Shown piece by piece: positions 27,264 to 46,128 of a stretch of 64,000 nt of DNA. The translations under genes were made by a program, and so were the position numbers. Positions within the stretch are counted from its first letter, which is position 1, and every line of letters begins with the position of its first letter. Below the pieces are notes generated by a model that was not told where the DNA came from, did no database searches, and saw only the letters and a list, made by a program, of their open reading frames with translations. Source of the DNA: Escherichia coli (GTDB taxonomy: Bacteria > Pseudomonadota > Gammaproteobacteria > Enterobacterales > Enterobacteriaceae); the NCBI RefSeq assembly GCF_050920415.1, contig NZ_CP169309.1. One strand, given 5' to 3'.

Positions 27264-27339
27264 TGGCTCCTCTGACTGGACTCGAACCAGTGACATACGG
27301 ATTAACAGTCCGCCGTTCTACCGACTGAACTACAGAGGA
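27264..27339 (-). tRNA. asnV: tRNA-Asn (GUU)
   Basis: The reverse complement reads TCCTCTGTAGTTCAGTCGGTAGAACGGCGGACTGTTAATCCGTATGTCACTGGTTCGAGTCCAGTCAGAGGAGCCA. 76 nt, anticodon loop CTGTTAA, encoded CCA end. Confidence 0.97.
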
Positions 27340-27459
27340 ATCGTGTGAACGGGGCGCATATTAATGGCAGTGCATGGTGATGTCAAAGGGTGAAATGCAT
27401 TTTTTTGTTTGTTTGCTGCCAATTTCGACAAAATGGTGAGCTTTCAATCTTTTTGGTAA

Positions 27460-27476
27460 TGAACCATCGTGGTGCA
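27460..27476. promoter_or_regulatory. Candidate NtrC enhancer site upstream of nac
   Basis: TGAACCATCGTGGTGCA compared with the dyad consensus TGCACC-N5-GGTGCA has one mismatch. It lies ~130 bp upstream of the sigma54 promoter. Confidence 0.55.
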
Positions 27477-27592
27477 TACCTTTCTGTCTTGGGGCAGAGA
27501 ACGCGAGTTCTAATAAAAAGATCGAGTGACAAAACTATCATAATCTCTTATTTGACCGTTGGTTAGCTTGCATATCAACACAAAATTAAAAC

Positions 27593-27608
27593 TGGCAAGT
27601 ATCTTGCA
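27593..27608 (+). promoter_or_regulatory. Sigma54 (-24/-12) promoter of nac
   Basis: TGGCAAGTATCTTGCA fits TGGCAC-N5-TTGCA. It lies ~55 bp upstream of the nac ATG. Confidence 0.8.
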
Positions 27609-27663
27609 ATCTGGTTGTAAGTAATGGCGGCACTTGGGCCGATTCTTATAAACCGGAGGCAAC

Positions 27664-28581
27664 ATGAACTTCAGACGCCTGAAATACTTCGTAAAAATTG
27701 TAGATATTGGTAGCCTGACCCAGGCTGCTGAAGTGTTGCATATCGCGCAACCCGCGCTCAGCCAGCAGGTTGCCACGCTGGAAGGTGAGTTGAATCAACA
27801 ACTTTTGATTCGCACAAAACGGGGCGTTACGCCAACAGACGCCGGAAAAATTCTCTATACCCATGCGCGGGCCATTTTACGTCAGTGTGAGCAGGCCCAA
27901 CTGGCGGTGCATAACGTTGGTCAGGCATTATCGGGGCAAGTCTCGATTGGCTTTGCACCAGGAACAGCGGCCTCATCTATCACCATGCCTTTATTGCAGG
28001 CGGTTCGCGCTGAATTCCCGGAAATTGTTATTTATCTCCATGAAAATAGCGGTGCTGTGCTCAACGAAAAACTGATAAGCCACCAACTCGATATGGCAGT
28101 AATTTATGAGCATTCTCCTGTGGCTGGTGTTTCCAGTCAGGCTTTGCTGAAAGAAGATCTTTTCCTGGTAGGAACGCAAGATTGCCCGGGGCAAAGCGTT
28201 GATGTTAATGCTATTGCGCAAATGAACCTCTTTCTCCCCAGCGATTACAGTGCCGTTAGACTTCGTGTTGATGAGGCTTTTTCCCTACGGCGACTCACGG
28301 CAAAAGTCATTGGTGAAATTGAGTCTATTGCCACGCTTACCGCAGCAATTGCCAGCGGCATGGGCGTTGCAGTATTACCCGAATCGGCCGCGCGTTCGTT
28401 ATGTGGCGCAGTAAACGGATGGATGTCACGCATTACCACACCTTCAATGAGTCTCTCTTTGTCATTAAATTTACCCGCCAGAGCGAACTTATCACCACAG
28501 GCGCAAGCAGTGAAAGAGTTGTTAATGTCAGTGATGAGTTCTCCAGTGATGGAAAAAAGGCAGTGGCAATTGGTGAGCTAA
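27664..28581 (+). CDS. nac: Nitrogen assimilation control protein (LysR family)
   Basis: 305-aa ORF (MNFRRLKYFVKIVDIGSLTQAAEVLHIAQPALSQQV...) preceded by a sigma54 promoter. Confidence 0.95.
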   Translation: MNFRRLKYFVKIVDIGSLTQAAEVLHIAQPALSQQVATLEGELNQQLLIRTKRGVTPTDAGKILYTHARAILRQCEQAQLAVHNVGQALSGQVSIGFAPGTAASSITMPLLQAVRAEFPEIVIYLHENSGAVLNEKLISHQLDMAVIYEHSPVAGVSSQALLKEDLFLVGTQDCPGQSVDVNAIAQMNLFLPSDYSAVRLRVDEAFSLRRLTAKVIGEIESIATLTAAIASGMGVAVLPESAARSLCGAVNGWMSRITTPSMSLSLSLNLPARANLSPQAQAVKELLMSVMSSPVMEKRQWQLVS

Positions 28582-28682
28582 GCGTTATATCGGGATGGAA
28601 TAAGATGCGGGTTTTTATTATTTGTTATGCCGGGCATTAAACTTTAACAATAACGTGATATCTGAACTGCCCGGAGTTTACC

Positions 28683-29633
28683 GTGAATTTCCAACAACTA
28701 AAGATAATCCGCGAGGCTGCACGTCAGGATTACAACCTGACAGAGGTTGCGAATATGCTTTTTACCTCACAGTCAGGCGTCAGCCGTCACATTCGGGAAC
28801 TGGAGGATGAACTTGGCATCGAAATATTTGTTCGACGAGGTAAGCGACTGCTGGGCATGACTGAACCGGGCAAAGCATTACTGGTCATTGCAGAACGTAT
28901 TCTGAATGAAGCCAGTAATGTTCGTCGGCTTGCAGACCTGTTTACCAACGATACGTCTGGCGTTCTCACTATTGCAACGACGCATACTCAGGCACGTTAT
29001 AGCTTGCCTGAGGTCATTAAAGCTTTTCGCGAACTTTTCCCGGAGGTTCGGCTGGAGCTAATCCAGGGTACACCACAGGAAATTGCGACGTTGTTGCAAA
29101 ATGGCGAAGCTGATATTGGTATCGCCAGCGAGCGTTTAAGTAATGACCCGCAGCTCGTCGCCTTCCCGTGGTTTCGTTGGCACCATAGTTTGCTTGTTCC
29201 ACTCGATCATCCCTTGACGCAAATTATACCGTTGACGCTGGAATCAATAGCGAAGTGGCCGTTAATCACTTACCGACAGGGGATTACGGGGCGCTCACGT
29301 ATTGATGACGCATTTGTCCGCAAAGGTTTGCTGGCAGATATTGTATTAAGTGCGCAGGATTCTGATGTCATTAAAACCTATGTTGCACTCGGGCTGGGGA
29401 TTGGATTAGTTGCCGAACAATCCAGCGGTGAACAAGAGGAAAAGAATTTAATCCGTCTGGATACGCGGCATCTTTTCGATGCTAATACTGTCTGGTTGGG
29501 ACTCAAGCGAGGACAACTTCAGCGTAACTATGTCTGGCGCTTTCTGGAACTTTGTAATGCAGGACTGTCAGTTGAGGATATCAAGCGCCAGGTGATGGAG
29601 AACAGTGAAGAGGAAATTGATTATCAGATATAG
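28683..29633 (+). CDS. cbl: CysB-like LysR regulator of sulfonate-sulfur utilisation
   Basis: 316-aa ORF with GTG start (MNFQQLKIIREAARQDYNLTEVANMLFTSQSGVSRHIRELE...), a CysB paralogue. Confidence 0.94.
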   Translation: MNFQQLKIIREAARQDYNLTEVANMLFTSQSGVSRHIRELEDELGIEIFVRRGKRLLGMTEPGKALLVIAERILNEASNVRRLADLFTNDTSGVLTIATTHTQARYSLPEVIKAFRELFPEVRLELIQGTPQEIATLLQNGEADIGIASERLSNDPQLVAFPWFRWHHSLLVPLDHPLTQIIPLTLESIAKWPLITYRQGITGRSRIDDAFVRKGLLADIVLSAQDSDVIKTYVALGLGIGLVAEQSSGEQEEKNLIRLDTRHLFDANTVWLGLKRGQLQRNYVWRFLELCNAGLSVEDIKRQVMENSEEEIDYQI

Positions 29634-29634
29634 C

Positions 29635-29662
29635 AAAAAGCCCGCTATAAAAGCGGGCTTTT
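29635..29662. terminator. Hairpin terminator between cbl and asnU
   Basis: AAAAAGCCCGC-tataaaa-GCGGGCTTTT. Confidence 0.75.
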
Positions 29663-29670
29663 CAGAAATT

Positions 29671-29746
29671 TGGCTCCTCTGACTGGACTCGAACCAGTGA
29701 CATACGGATTAACAGTCCGCCGTTCTACCGACTGAACTACAGAGGA
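29671..29746 (-). tRNA. asnU: tRNA-Asn (GUU)
   Basis: 76 nt, identical to the asnV copy. Confidence 0.97.
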
Positions 29747-29906
29747 ATCGCTGTTGAGGCACATCTTAACGGCGAAAAATCTTTTGTCAAACCCGATTTT
29801 TAAATTTCCCAACTGTTTGCCGTTTCTATCAACAGTTTGTTGCATTTGCAGACAATTTGTTGGCGAAAATCTTTGCAGCTTTGCTGATTCTCCCTCATCA
29901 TTTGAA

Positions 29907-31394
29907 ATGTGGTTTCACTTTTTGCAATTAAGGTCGGCTTTGAATATCTCCTCTGCTTTACGCCAGGTTGTTCACGGCACTCGCTGGCACGCCAAACGCA
30001 AGAGCTACAAGGTGTTGTTCTGGCGCGAGATAACCCCGCTTGCTGTTCCTATCTTCATGGAGAATGCCTGTGTCCTGTTGATGGGTGTTTTGAGTACTTT
30101 TCTGGTCAGCTGGCTGGGAAAAGATGCGATGGCCGGCGTGGGATTGGCGGACAGCTTCAATATGGTCATTATGGCTTTTTTTGCAGCTATCGATCTTGGT
30201 ACTACTGTCGTTGTGGCATTTAGTCTCGGTAAGCGGGATCGACGACGAGCGAGGGTGGCGACGCGGCAGTCATTGGTGATCATGACGTTGTTTGCCGTAC
30301 TGTTGGCAACGCTTATTCATCATTTTGGCGAACAAATTATTGATTTCGTCGCAGGTGATGCCACGACAGAAGTTAAAGCACTGGCGTTGACTTATCTGGA
30401 GCTGACGGTACTCAGTTATCCAGCAGCTGCCATCACTTTGATTGGTAGCGGGGCACTTCGTGGTGCAGGGAATACGAAAATACCGCTACTGATTAACGGT
30501 AGCCTGAATATTCTTAATATTATTATTAGCGGCATATTGATTTACGGCCTTTTCTCCTGGCCGGGACTGGGATTTATCGGGGCTGGGTTGGGGTTAACCA
30601 TTTCTCGTTATATTGGCGCAGTGGCAATTTTGTGGGTGCTGGCGATTGGTTTTAATCCTGCGCTAAGGATTTCGTTAAAGAGCTATTTTAAACCGCTGAA
30701 TTTTAGCATTATCTGGGAAGTCATGGGGATTGGCATTCCTGCGAGTGTCGAATCAGTATTATTTACCAGTGGTCGGTTATTAACCCAAATGTTCGTTGCC
30801 GGGATGGGGACCAGTGTTATTGCCGGGAATTTTATCGCGTTTTCAATTGCGGCTCTTATCAACTTACCCGGAAGTGCGCTCGGCTCTGCTTCTACAATCA
30901 TTACAGGCCGAAGGTTGGGGGTAGGGCAGATAGCGCAAGCAGAGATTCAGTTGCGGCATGTGTTCTGGCTGTCCACTCTTGGATTAACGGCCATCGCCTG
31001 GCTAACGGCTCCCTTTGCTGGGGTTATGGCATCGTTTTACACCCAGGATCCACAGGTTAAACATGTCGTTGTGATTCTGATTTGGCTAAATGCTTTATTT
31101 ATGCCTATTTGGTCTGCCTCATGGGTGCTACCCGCTGGATTTAAGGGGGCTCGCGATGCCCGTTACGCCATGTGGGTTTCTATGTTGAGCATGTGGGGTT
31201 GCCGGGTTGTAGTCGGTTATGTGCTGGGAATCATGCTTGGCTGGGGTGTGGTTGGTGTCTGGATGGGAATGTTTGCCGACTGGGCTGTGCGGGCCGTGCT
31301 GTTTTACTGGCGCATGGTTACTGGACGTTGGCTGTGGAAATACCCTAGACCTGAGCCGCAAAAGTGTGAAAAAAAGCCAGTTGTGTCGGAATAA
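29907..31394 (+). CDS. yeeO: MATE-family efflux transporter
   Basis: ORF 29754..31394. The start at MWFHFLQLRS (495 aa) is preferred because the longer ORF would begin immediately next to asnU. 12-TM MATE pattern. Confidence 0.88.
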   Translation: MWFHFLQLRSALNISSALRQVVHGTRWHAKRKSYKVLFWREITPLAVPIFMENACVLLMGVLSTFLVSWLGKDAMAGVGLADSFNMVIMAFFAAIDLGTTVVVAFSLGKRDRRRARVATRQSLVIMTLFAVLLATLIHHFGEQIIDFVAGDATTEVKALALTYLELTVLSYPAAAITLIGSGALRGAGNTKIPLLINGSLNILNIIISGILIYGLFSWPGLGFIGAGLGLTISRYIGAVAILWVLAIGFNPALRISLKSYFKPLNFSIIWEVMGIGIPASVESVLFTSGRLLTQMFVAGMGTSVIAGNFIAFSIAALINLPGSALGSASTIITGRRLGVGQIAQAEIQLRHVFWLSTLGLTAIAWLTAPFAGVMASFYTQDPQVKHVVVILIWLNALFMPIWSASWVLPAGFKGARDARYAMWVSMLSMWGCRVVVGYVLGIMLGWGVVGVWMGMFADWAVRAVLFYWRMVTGRWLWKYPRPEPQKCEKKPVVSE

Positions 31395-31494
31395 ACGACA
31401 AAGTGCAGATTATTTCAGCAAACGATTTCAAATTTAAAAAACAGGCTTTGACATTAAGGATGGGCATCGCTAATATTCGCCTCGTTCTCACGAT

Positions 31495-31570
31495 TCCTCT
31501 GTAGTTCAGTCGGTAGAACGGCGGACTGTTAATCCGTATGTCACTGGTTCGAGTCCAGTCAGAGGAGCCA
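31495..31570 (+). tRNA. asnW: tRNA-Asn (GUU)
   Basis: 76 nt, identical to the other copies but on the plus strand. Confidence 0.97.
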
Positions 31571-32023
31571 AATTTTAGTTTTGAGACATCTCTATAAGTC
31601 TCAAAACAGTTAAAAAATAAAAATTATTTTTACCCGGTTACTTTGTAAAAAAGTGACCGGGTTTTTTGATTTCTGTGTTTCGTGCGCTTAATCGAGTCTC
31701 ACGCTTCAGTGAGCAAATTGCCCCTCCCCAACAGACATCACGATTCGCAAGGTCAAAAACTCTGTTCCATGAAGTACCGTACAAAGATAAAGAGAAAAAT
31801 GCCTTATGCGGGATGTCGCTATCGCGTCTTTATCGGGAAACTATGCGTAATTGCCACTTTGCCTTCTGTAATCAGAAAAAGAAGAACTGGAATTTTAATA
31901 AATATTATTTCTCTGGGACCGGTATTTTTATAATCAATATGACGAGTTGAATATTATGTTTATTATAAGATTTATATGAAATTAAAGAAATCTGCCATAA
32001 AGACAGATTTCTTTAAAATATAA

Positions 32024-32740
32024 TTAGAGATTTGCGACGTTATGATAAACTTTTTGAACATCGTCGTCATCTTCAAGGGCATCAACAAGCCCTTCAAAGA
32101 TTTCTAAATCTTCTGGGGAAAGCTCAACTTCAGATTGAGCAATCATTTCTAATTCTGTTGTTGAGAACTCAGTGATTCCAGCTGCTTTTAGAGCCGCGAT
32201 TCCTTTATGAAGGTCAGTTGGTTCAGTATAAATAACAATGTTACCTTCTTCTTCGGTCACATCGCGAACATCAACTTCAGCTTCAAGCAAAATTTCAAAA
32301 ATATGGTCCGGGTCTGTCCCTTTAAATACAATCACACCCGTATTGTCAAACATATAGCTGACAGAACCTGCCGCTCCGATATTGCCACCTTTTTTATTGA
32401 AAATTGTGCGAACGTTAGCAATTGTACGGTTAACATTGGAAGTCAATGTCTCGGCGATAATCATTGAGCCATTTGGACCAAAGCCTTCATAACGTCCCTG
32501 CACGAACGTTTCATCTCCGCCGCCTTTGGCTTTATCAATTGCTTTATCAATAACGTGCTTTGGAACTTGTGCCTGCTTCGCACGTTCAATAACGAATTTT
32601 AAAGATGTGTTTAATTCTGGATCGGGTTCACCTTGTTTGGCAGCAGCATAGATTTCTACACCGAATTTTGCATAAATTTTAGACGTTGCACCGTCTTTAG
32701 CCGTTTTTTTAGCAACAATATTGGCCCATTTACGTCCCAC
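32024..32740 (-). CDS. yeeN: YebC/PmpR-family probable transcriptional regulator
   Basis: 238-aa ORF ([27 protein letters not shown]...) of the YebC family. Low-GC gene. Confidence 0.92.
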
Positions 32741-33081
32741 TGGAATGATCTCCTCGAAAATTTATTTACATTACTGGTAAATCGTTAACATGCGTTAATT
32801 CGACATATTATATCATAACAGGAAAAATCTCGTCTATTAGAAATAAAAATATTCTAAATCCATAATCTTATATTTAATCTCATAAAAACTAATGTTGTTG
32901 GCGGATTTTTTTATAATTGTGTTTTGAAAGCATACTTGCTTTTAATATATGGAAATCATTAAGGCTATAATAAAACTTGTATCCGCCCCAGGAAGCAAAC
33001 AGCCTGCTTTATTGCAGGCTATTTGCTGGATGACTTACTAAATCCTTCACATCTATTCCTGATAAAAAGGAACAGAACTTA

Positions 33082-34536
33082 TTACCGGAACGGCGGTTCA
33101 TTAAAGGTTCGTAATTTACGTGAATGCAGTCGGTCGCCTTCTGCGCGCAGCAAATCGATCGCACGAATGCCAATTTGCAGGTGTTCGGAAATAGCGCCTT
33201 CATAAAAACGGTTAGCCTGACCGGGAAGTTTAATCTCACCATGCAACGGTTTATCTGAAACACACAGTAGTGTCCCGTATGGCACGCGGAAACGATATCC
33301 TTGCGCGGCAATAGTTGCACTTTCCATATCAATTGCTACGGCCCGGCTTAAGTTAAAACGAAGTGCAGAAGCTGAGTAACGTAATTCCCAGTTCCTGTCA
33401 TCTGTGGTTACCACAGTGCCAGTACGTAGCCGCTGTTTAACTTCCTCTCCGGGCCTGCCGCTGACTAACTTGGTAGCGTCATAAAGCGCACGTTGCACTT
33501 CAGCAATGCTCGGAATAGGAATATCGGGCGGCAGTACCGCATCAAGAACGTGGTCATCGCGTAAATAAGCGTGTGCAAGTACATAATCTCCAATGGCCTG
33601 GCTTTCACGTAAGCCACCACAGTGACCAATCATCAACCAGACATCCGGGCGCAGCACCGCCAGATGATCGCAGATGGTTTTAGCATTTGACGGTCCCACG
33701 CCAATATTCACCAGAGTAATACCCTGACCATCGGCGGTAATTAAATGCCATGCTGGCATCTGGTGTTTTTTCCATGCAAGGTCGGAAATGGCTTCTTCTG
33801 GCGCTTCGGTTTCGGCGGTGATCCAGTTCCCGCCAGCACAAGAAAGGGCAATGTAGGGACTATCAGGGTCGAGGATCTGGCTGCATCCCCAACGAACGAA
33901 TTCATCCACATAACGTGTGTAGTTGGTAAACAAGACGAACGGCTGAAAATGTTCAACTGGCGTACCGGTATAATGGCGCAACCGCGCGAGGGAGAAATCG
34001 ACGCGGCGCGCATCAAAATGCGATAGCGGGGAGAATTCAGTTGGATGATAAATGCCGTCTGCAGTTTCATCGCCAATTTGCGCCAGTTCTGTTGTCGGGA
34101 AGTAGCGAGTTAACCCAGCGCTCATTGAGCGATCAAGTGTCAATTCAGAGCCATCGATGACATAAGGATAAGGGATTTCATGCTGCGAGGGTTGCACCGA
34201 GATATGCGCACCATAATCCTGATACAGCAACGTAAGTTGTTCATTCAGATACGAACGAAAGAGAGTAGGGCGAGTAATCGTGGTGGTGTAGCTGCCTGCG
34301 TGAGTAAAACGACCAAATGCGCGCGTTTTGGGGGGATTTGTTGTGCTACCGTCCCAGGTTACGGTCAGTGATGGATAGACAAAAAGACCTTCTTTACGGG
34401 CATTTTCATCAGGTAATTCGCCACTTTTAATATAGTTGCCAATGGCATTGCGTAAAGCGACTACAGATTGCTCATACAGCGCGTCGAGTTTTTCCAGTGC
34501 CTGAGCTGGGGTCAGACCGGAGCCCTTATTATTCAT
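33082..34536 (-). CDS. amn: AMP nucleosidase
   Basis: ORF 33082..34692, with the start at MNNKGSGLTPAQALEKL (484 aa). Confidence 0.94.
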   Translation of the reverse strand: MNNKGSGLTPAQALEKLDALYEQSVVALRNAIGNYIKSGELPDENARKEGLFVYPSLTVTWDGSTTNPPKTRAFGRFTHAGSYTTTITRPTLFRSYLNEQLTLLYQDYGAHISVQPSQHEIPYPYVIDGSELTLDRSMSAGLTRYFPTTELAQIGDETADGIYHPTEFSPLSHFDARRVDFSLARLRHYTGTPVEHFQPFVLFTNYTRYVDEFVRWGCSQILDPDSPYIALSCAGGNWITAETEAPEEAISDLAWKKHQMPAWHLITADGQGITLVNIGVGPSNAKTICDHLAVLRPDVWLMIGHCGGLRESQAIGDYVLAHAYLRDDHVLDAVLPPDIPIPSIAEVQRALYDATKLVSGRPGEEVKQRLRTGTVVTTDDRNWELRYSASALRFNLSRAVAIDMESATIAAQGYRFRVPYGTLLCVSDKPLHGEIKLPGQANRFYEGAISEHLQIGIRAIDLLRAEGDRLHSRKLRTFNEPPFR

Positions 34537-34637
34537 GTGTGTCTCCTGTTCCATACAATTACCGCACTTCCGATAGTATGTCACAGGAATGTGAAACAAA
34601 AGTGTAAGGCGAAGATCGGATGATCTTCGCCTGACTA

Positions 34638-35954
34638 TCAAGCGTGTTGATTGTCTTTCATCAACAAAGCGGTCATTGCGGAAATCAGGCATCCAGCCAG
34701 TAAATAAATGGCGACGCTATGCCAGTTCCCGGCAAAGTAAGTGATAAGTGCAGCGGCAATGAAAGGTGTAAATCCACCGCCAACCACACTGGCAACCTGA
34801 TATCCGACTCCAGCGCCACTATAGCGATAACTGGCACCAAACATTTCGGTAAACATCGGTTGTTGCACGCACACCACCATGTCATGCGCAATGTTTGCCA
34901 GCATTATGGAGAAGAAAACTATCCAGAAAATAGATTGTGCTTCAAGCGCCATAAAGAAAGGAAATGCGCTCAACGTTCCGATTAACGCACCTGTGATATA
35001 AACTCTGCGGCGACCAAAACGATCGGCAAGCCAGGCAAAACAGGGAATTGTCAGACAGCTTAGTCCACCTACCAGCAAACCGATATTAAGGAAAAGTTCG
35101 CGCGGTAACCCCATATTTTGGGTTGAATAGTTAAGCGCAAAGGCGGTAACGATGTACATCGTCAGCAACTCGCACAGTCGTAGCGCAATAATCTTCAGAA
35201 AAGCACCGGGATGTCGTAACAGTGCTTCGATAACCGGGATGCGTTTTTGCGCTGCCGCTTGATTATGTTGCTGTTGTTCAAATTCCGCGGACTCCTCCAT
35301 GCCATTACGCACCCACAATGCTCCCAGCACCAGTACGATGCTAAACAGGAAAGGAATACGCCAGCCCCAGCTTAGAAACTGTTCGTCAGTCGTCATCATA
35401 CTGATCAGTGAAACCAGTCCGGTCGAAAGCAGTAAACCTACTCCGTAGCCAACTTGTACACCGCTACTGTAAAAGGCTTTTTTATTTTTCGGTGCACTTT
35501 CAACGGAAAGTAACGCCGCGCCTCCCCATTCGCCGCCGACGGCAAATCCCTGAATGGCACGCAGTGTCACCAGTAAAATGGGGGCCCACCAACCTATGGT
35601 CGAGAAGGAAGGAAGAATGCCAATCAAGGCTGTCGCGATGCCCATCATCCAGACGGTCAGCATTAACATGCGCTTACGTCCCAGTCGGTCGCCAAAGTGA
35701 CCGAAAATGACACCGCCGAGCGGACGGAACAGGAATCCGACACCAAAGGTGGCAAATGCGGCGAGCGTTCCCATAGCCGGGCTTACTTGCGGGAAAAACT
35801 CGCGATTAAACACCAGTGCGGCGGTAATGCCATAGAGTAAAAAATCATACCAGTCGACGACGGCACCAGCGAAACTGCCTAACGCAGCTCGTCGGGCGCG
35901 ACTTAACGAAAGCGTCCCTTCATCGGGACGAGTGGAGATGAGCGTGGAGTCCAT
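34638..35954 (-). CDS. shiA: Shikimate:H+ symporter (MFS)
   Basis: 438-aa ORF, 12-TM MFS with the GxLFRPLGGxxFGHxGDRxGRK loop motif. Confidence 0.94.
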   Translation of the reverse strand: MDSTLISTRPDEGTLSLSRARRAALGSFAGAVVDWYDFLLYGITAALVFNREFFPQVSPAMGTLAAFATFGVGFLFRPLGGVIFGHFGDRLGRKRMLMLTVWMMGIATALIGILPSFSTIGWWAPILLVTLRAIQGFAVGGEWGGAALLSVESAPKNKKAFYSSGVQVGYGVGLLLSTGLVSLISMMTTDEQFLSWGWRIPFLFSIVLVLGALWVRNGMEESAEFEQQQHNQAAAQKRIPVIEALLRHPGAFLKIIALRLCELLTMYIVTAFALNYSTQNMGLPRELFLNIGLLVGGLSCLTIPCFAWLADRFGRRRVYITGALIGTLSAFPFFMALEAQSIFWIVFFSIMLANIAHDMVVCVQQPMFTEMFGASYRYSGAGVGYQVASVVGGGFTPFIAAALITYFAGNWHSVAIYLLAGCLISAMTALLMKDNQHA

Positions 35955-36259
35955 AATGATCCTGTTTGTACTGTCTTTTTATAATTAGTATGGAAAAGGT
36001 AACTCACATTGCCGTCGATCTATAAACGAACCTTATGAGACTACCTCGACAGAGCGCATCTGCAAATGATTTTATGGCTGATTAACGGCAACATGAAAAA
36101 TTCGATGGAAGATGAAATCGCAGGAGTTGCATAAGGATTGAGCAGAGCACCTACAGTTTTGAGATATGAAACATAAAAGTCCGCATATGCACAAAATTGC
36201 ACCCTGATGATTCTGATAGACTGCATTGCATTTTAACCAGTAGGGAGGCGAGGTTAGGT

Positions 36260-37330
36260 ATGTTTTTAGCATCATTGTTGAGACGTATTGCATTTAGTTA
36301 CTACGATTATAAAGCTAATAATTTCAATATTGAAAAAACAGAGTTTGTTGTCATCCATATTCCCGATCAGATTGGCGATGCTATGGCTATCTTTCCAGTG
36401 ATTCGGGCGCTTGAATTGCATAAAATCAAGCATCTTTTAATTGTTACTTCGACAATTAATTTAGAAGTCTTTAATGCGCTCAAACTTGAACATACTAAAT
36501 TAACATTAGTCACAATGACTATGCAGGATCACGCAACATTAAAAGAAATAAAAGATTTAGCGAAGAACATAACACAGCGATACGGTACGCCGGATCTTTG
36601 TATAGAGGCGATGCGTAAAAAGAACCTGAAAACGATGTTATTTATCAGTCAGTTGAAAGCAAAAACGAATTTTCAGGTTGTCGGTTTAACCATGAAGTGC
36701 TATTCCCCTTTGTGTAAGAACGCCTCCCGGATGGATCAACATCTCCGGGCTCCCGTACCCATGACATGGGCGTTTATGATGCGTGAAGCGGGTTTTCCTG
36801 CAGTCAGGCCAATATATGAATTACCATTAAGCGAGCAGGTAATAAATGAAGTACGTGAGGAATTGTGCACTTTAGGATCTTACATTGCGCTTAATTTAGA
36901 TGGCAGCGTGCAGGAACGCACATTTTCGTTATCAGTAGCTGAGAAACTCATCGCCAAAATTCAAAGTGATAATGATATGCCAATAGTCATTGTTCATGGA
37001 CCAAAAGGGGAAGATAAAGCCCGGAAATTAGCGGGTTGTTATAATAATGTCTACCGGCTATCCTTATCACCCTCGATTAAACGTTCAGCAGCAATCATAA
37101 AAGATGCTTATATCGCAATAACCCCTGATACCTCAATATTACATATGGCAAGTGCCTATAATACCCCCGTCGTTGCAATTTATGCTGATTACAAAACGCG
37201 GTGGCCTGCGATGGCAGATATCTCGGAGTCAGTGGTCGTTGGGCAAAAAATTGATCATATAAGTTTGGATGAATTCGGAAAGGCGCTAAAAAGTGCTTTG
37301 GAGAGAGTATGTGTCAGTACTTACGTATAG
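36260..37330 (+). CDS. yeeL: Glycosyltransferase family 9 (heptosyltransferase-like) protein; uninterrupted here
   Basis: ORF 36197..37330, with the ATG at 36260 (MFLASLLRR) following AGG-rich SD-like sequence. Its IGDAMAIFPVIRALE N-terminal motif and ITPDTSILHMASAYNTPVVAIY C-terminal motif are typical of GT9. Low GC. Confidence 0.75.
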   Translation: MFLASLLRRIAFSYYDYKANNFNIEKTEFVVIHIPDQIGDAMAIFPVIRALELHKIKHLLIVTSTINLEVFNALKLEHTKLTLVTMTMQDHATLKEIKDLAKNITQRYGTPDLCIEAMRKKNLKTMLFISQLKAKTNFQVVGLTMKCYSPLCKNASRMDQHLRAPVPMTWAFMMREAGFPAVRPIYELPLSEQVINEVREELCTLGSYIALNLDGSVQERTFSLSVAEKLIAKIQSDNDMPIVIVHGPKGEDKARKLAGCYNNVYRLSLSPSIKRSAAIIKDAYIAITPDTSILHMASAYNTPVVAIYADYKTRWPAMADISESVVVGQKIDHISLDEFGKALKSALERVCVSTYV

Positions 37331-37616
37331 AGGGTAATGCCGATCTATGCTGAACAGGGGACATTAATACCCTGAGGTTGGTCAATCACCACAAAAAAAG
37401 CCTTTGAATCAAAGCAATACTCACCGAATAATAAGGCAACCTGAACTTAAATCCCCGTTAACTGCCATACATTATTATGACTTGCACTGATGTAATTAGC
37501 TAAACATTATCGTGATTTGACTAAATAGCAAAAATGATAGCTATTAAAAATAGCTCATATACTTTGTTTCCCGCTGCCGTAGAATAGATGGTCCTTCCAT
37601 GTTCAAGCATTTATTC

Positions 37617-37677
37617 AAAAAAAGGGGGCTCGACTGTCTTCAGATAAACAGAGAGGGATTGTAAAGTCGAGTGCCCC
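37617..37677 (-). terminator. Rho-independent terminator after yeeJ
   Basis: On the minus strand, stem GGGGCACTCGAC...GTCGAGCCCC followed by a T7 run. Confidence 0.75.
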
Positions 37678-37706
37678 TAATGGAGCACTCTATAAAAAAT
37701 CAACAA

Positions 37707-45695
<7,989 letters not shown>

Positions 45696-46107
45696 GCTTA
45701 CCTTCCCTGAACGAGCTAACATAAATGCGCCCTTTCTAGCACAGCGAAAAAATATAAATCCTGATAGCAATATGATTGAAAATTAATAACTTTTCGTTAA
45801 GCAGTTTTGGGTGTGAGTTGCAAGAGGGGAGACTACTGAATAACTCAGTTTAATAATTGAGGGGGCAATGGTGACGAATATAGGGACGGAGTAGAGAAGA
45901 TAGTGCTGAACTCTTTGCCAGCAGAAGGTTATGTGGCACAAAAATAACCGTAACTTCTCACTCTCGACAGGAAAGCTGTAGACGGCGTCCATAACAAAAC
46001 GCCCCCAACCATAAGGTCGAGGGCGCTTAAGATGACAAACCCGCTCTTCGTTAAAGAATCAATGCTTAATGTAGATGAGTTGCATTGCACGATAAAAGCG
46101 AATTTTT

Positions 46108-46128
46108 AGAATTTGGCTCCTCTGACTG
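46108..46128 (-). repeat. Partial tRNA-Asn 3' end (att-site direct repeat of the asnT islet)
   Basis: GAATTTGGCTCCTCTGACTGG is identical to 54382..54402, which covers the 3' end of asnT plus 5 flanking nt. Similarity to the tRNA stops after GACTGG. Confidence 0.9.

Noticed and set aside
29754-29906. N-terminal 51-codon extension of yeeO
   Set aside because: The extended ORF would start 8 nt from asnU, inside what should be the tRNA promoter region on the other strand. The MATE core begins after the internal MWFHF start.
45783-45992. 69-aa minus-strand ORF immediately upstream of yeeJ
   Set aside because: It lies in the yeeJ promoter/leader region. Its product is hydrophobic but has no start context. 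No supporting evidence is available from the sequence alone.
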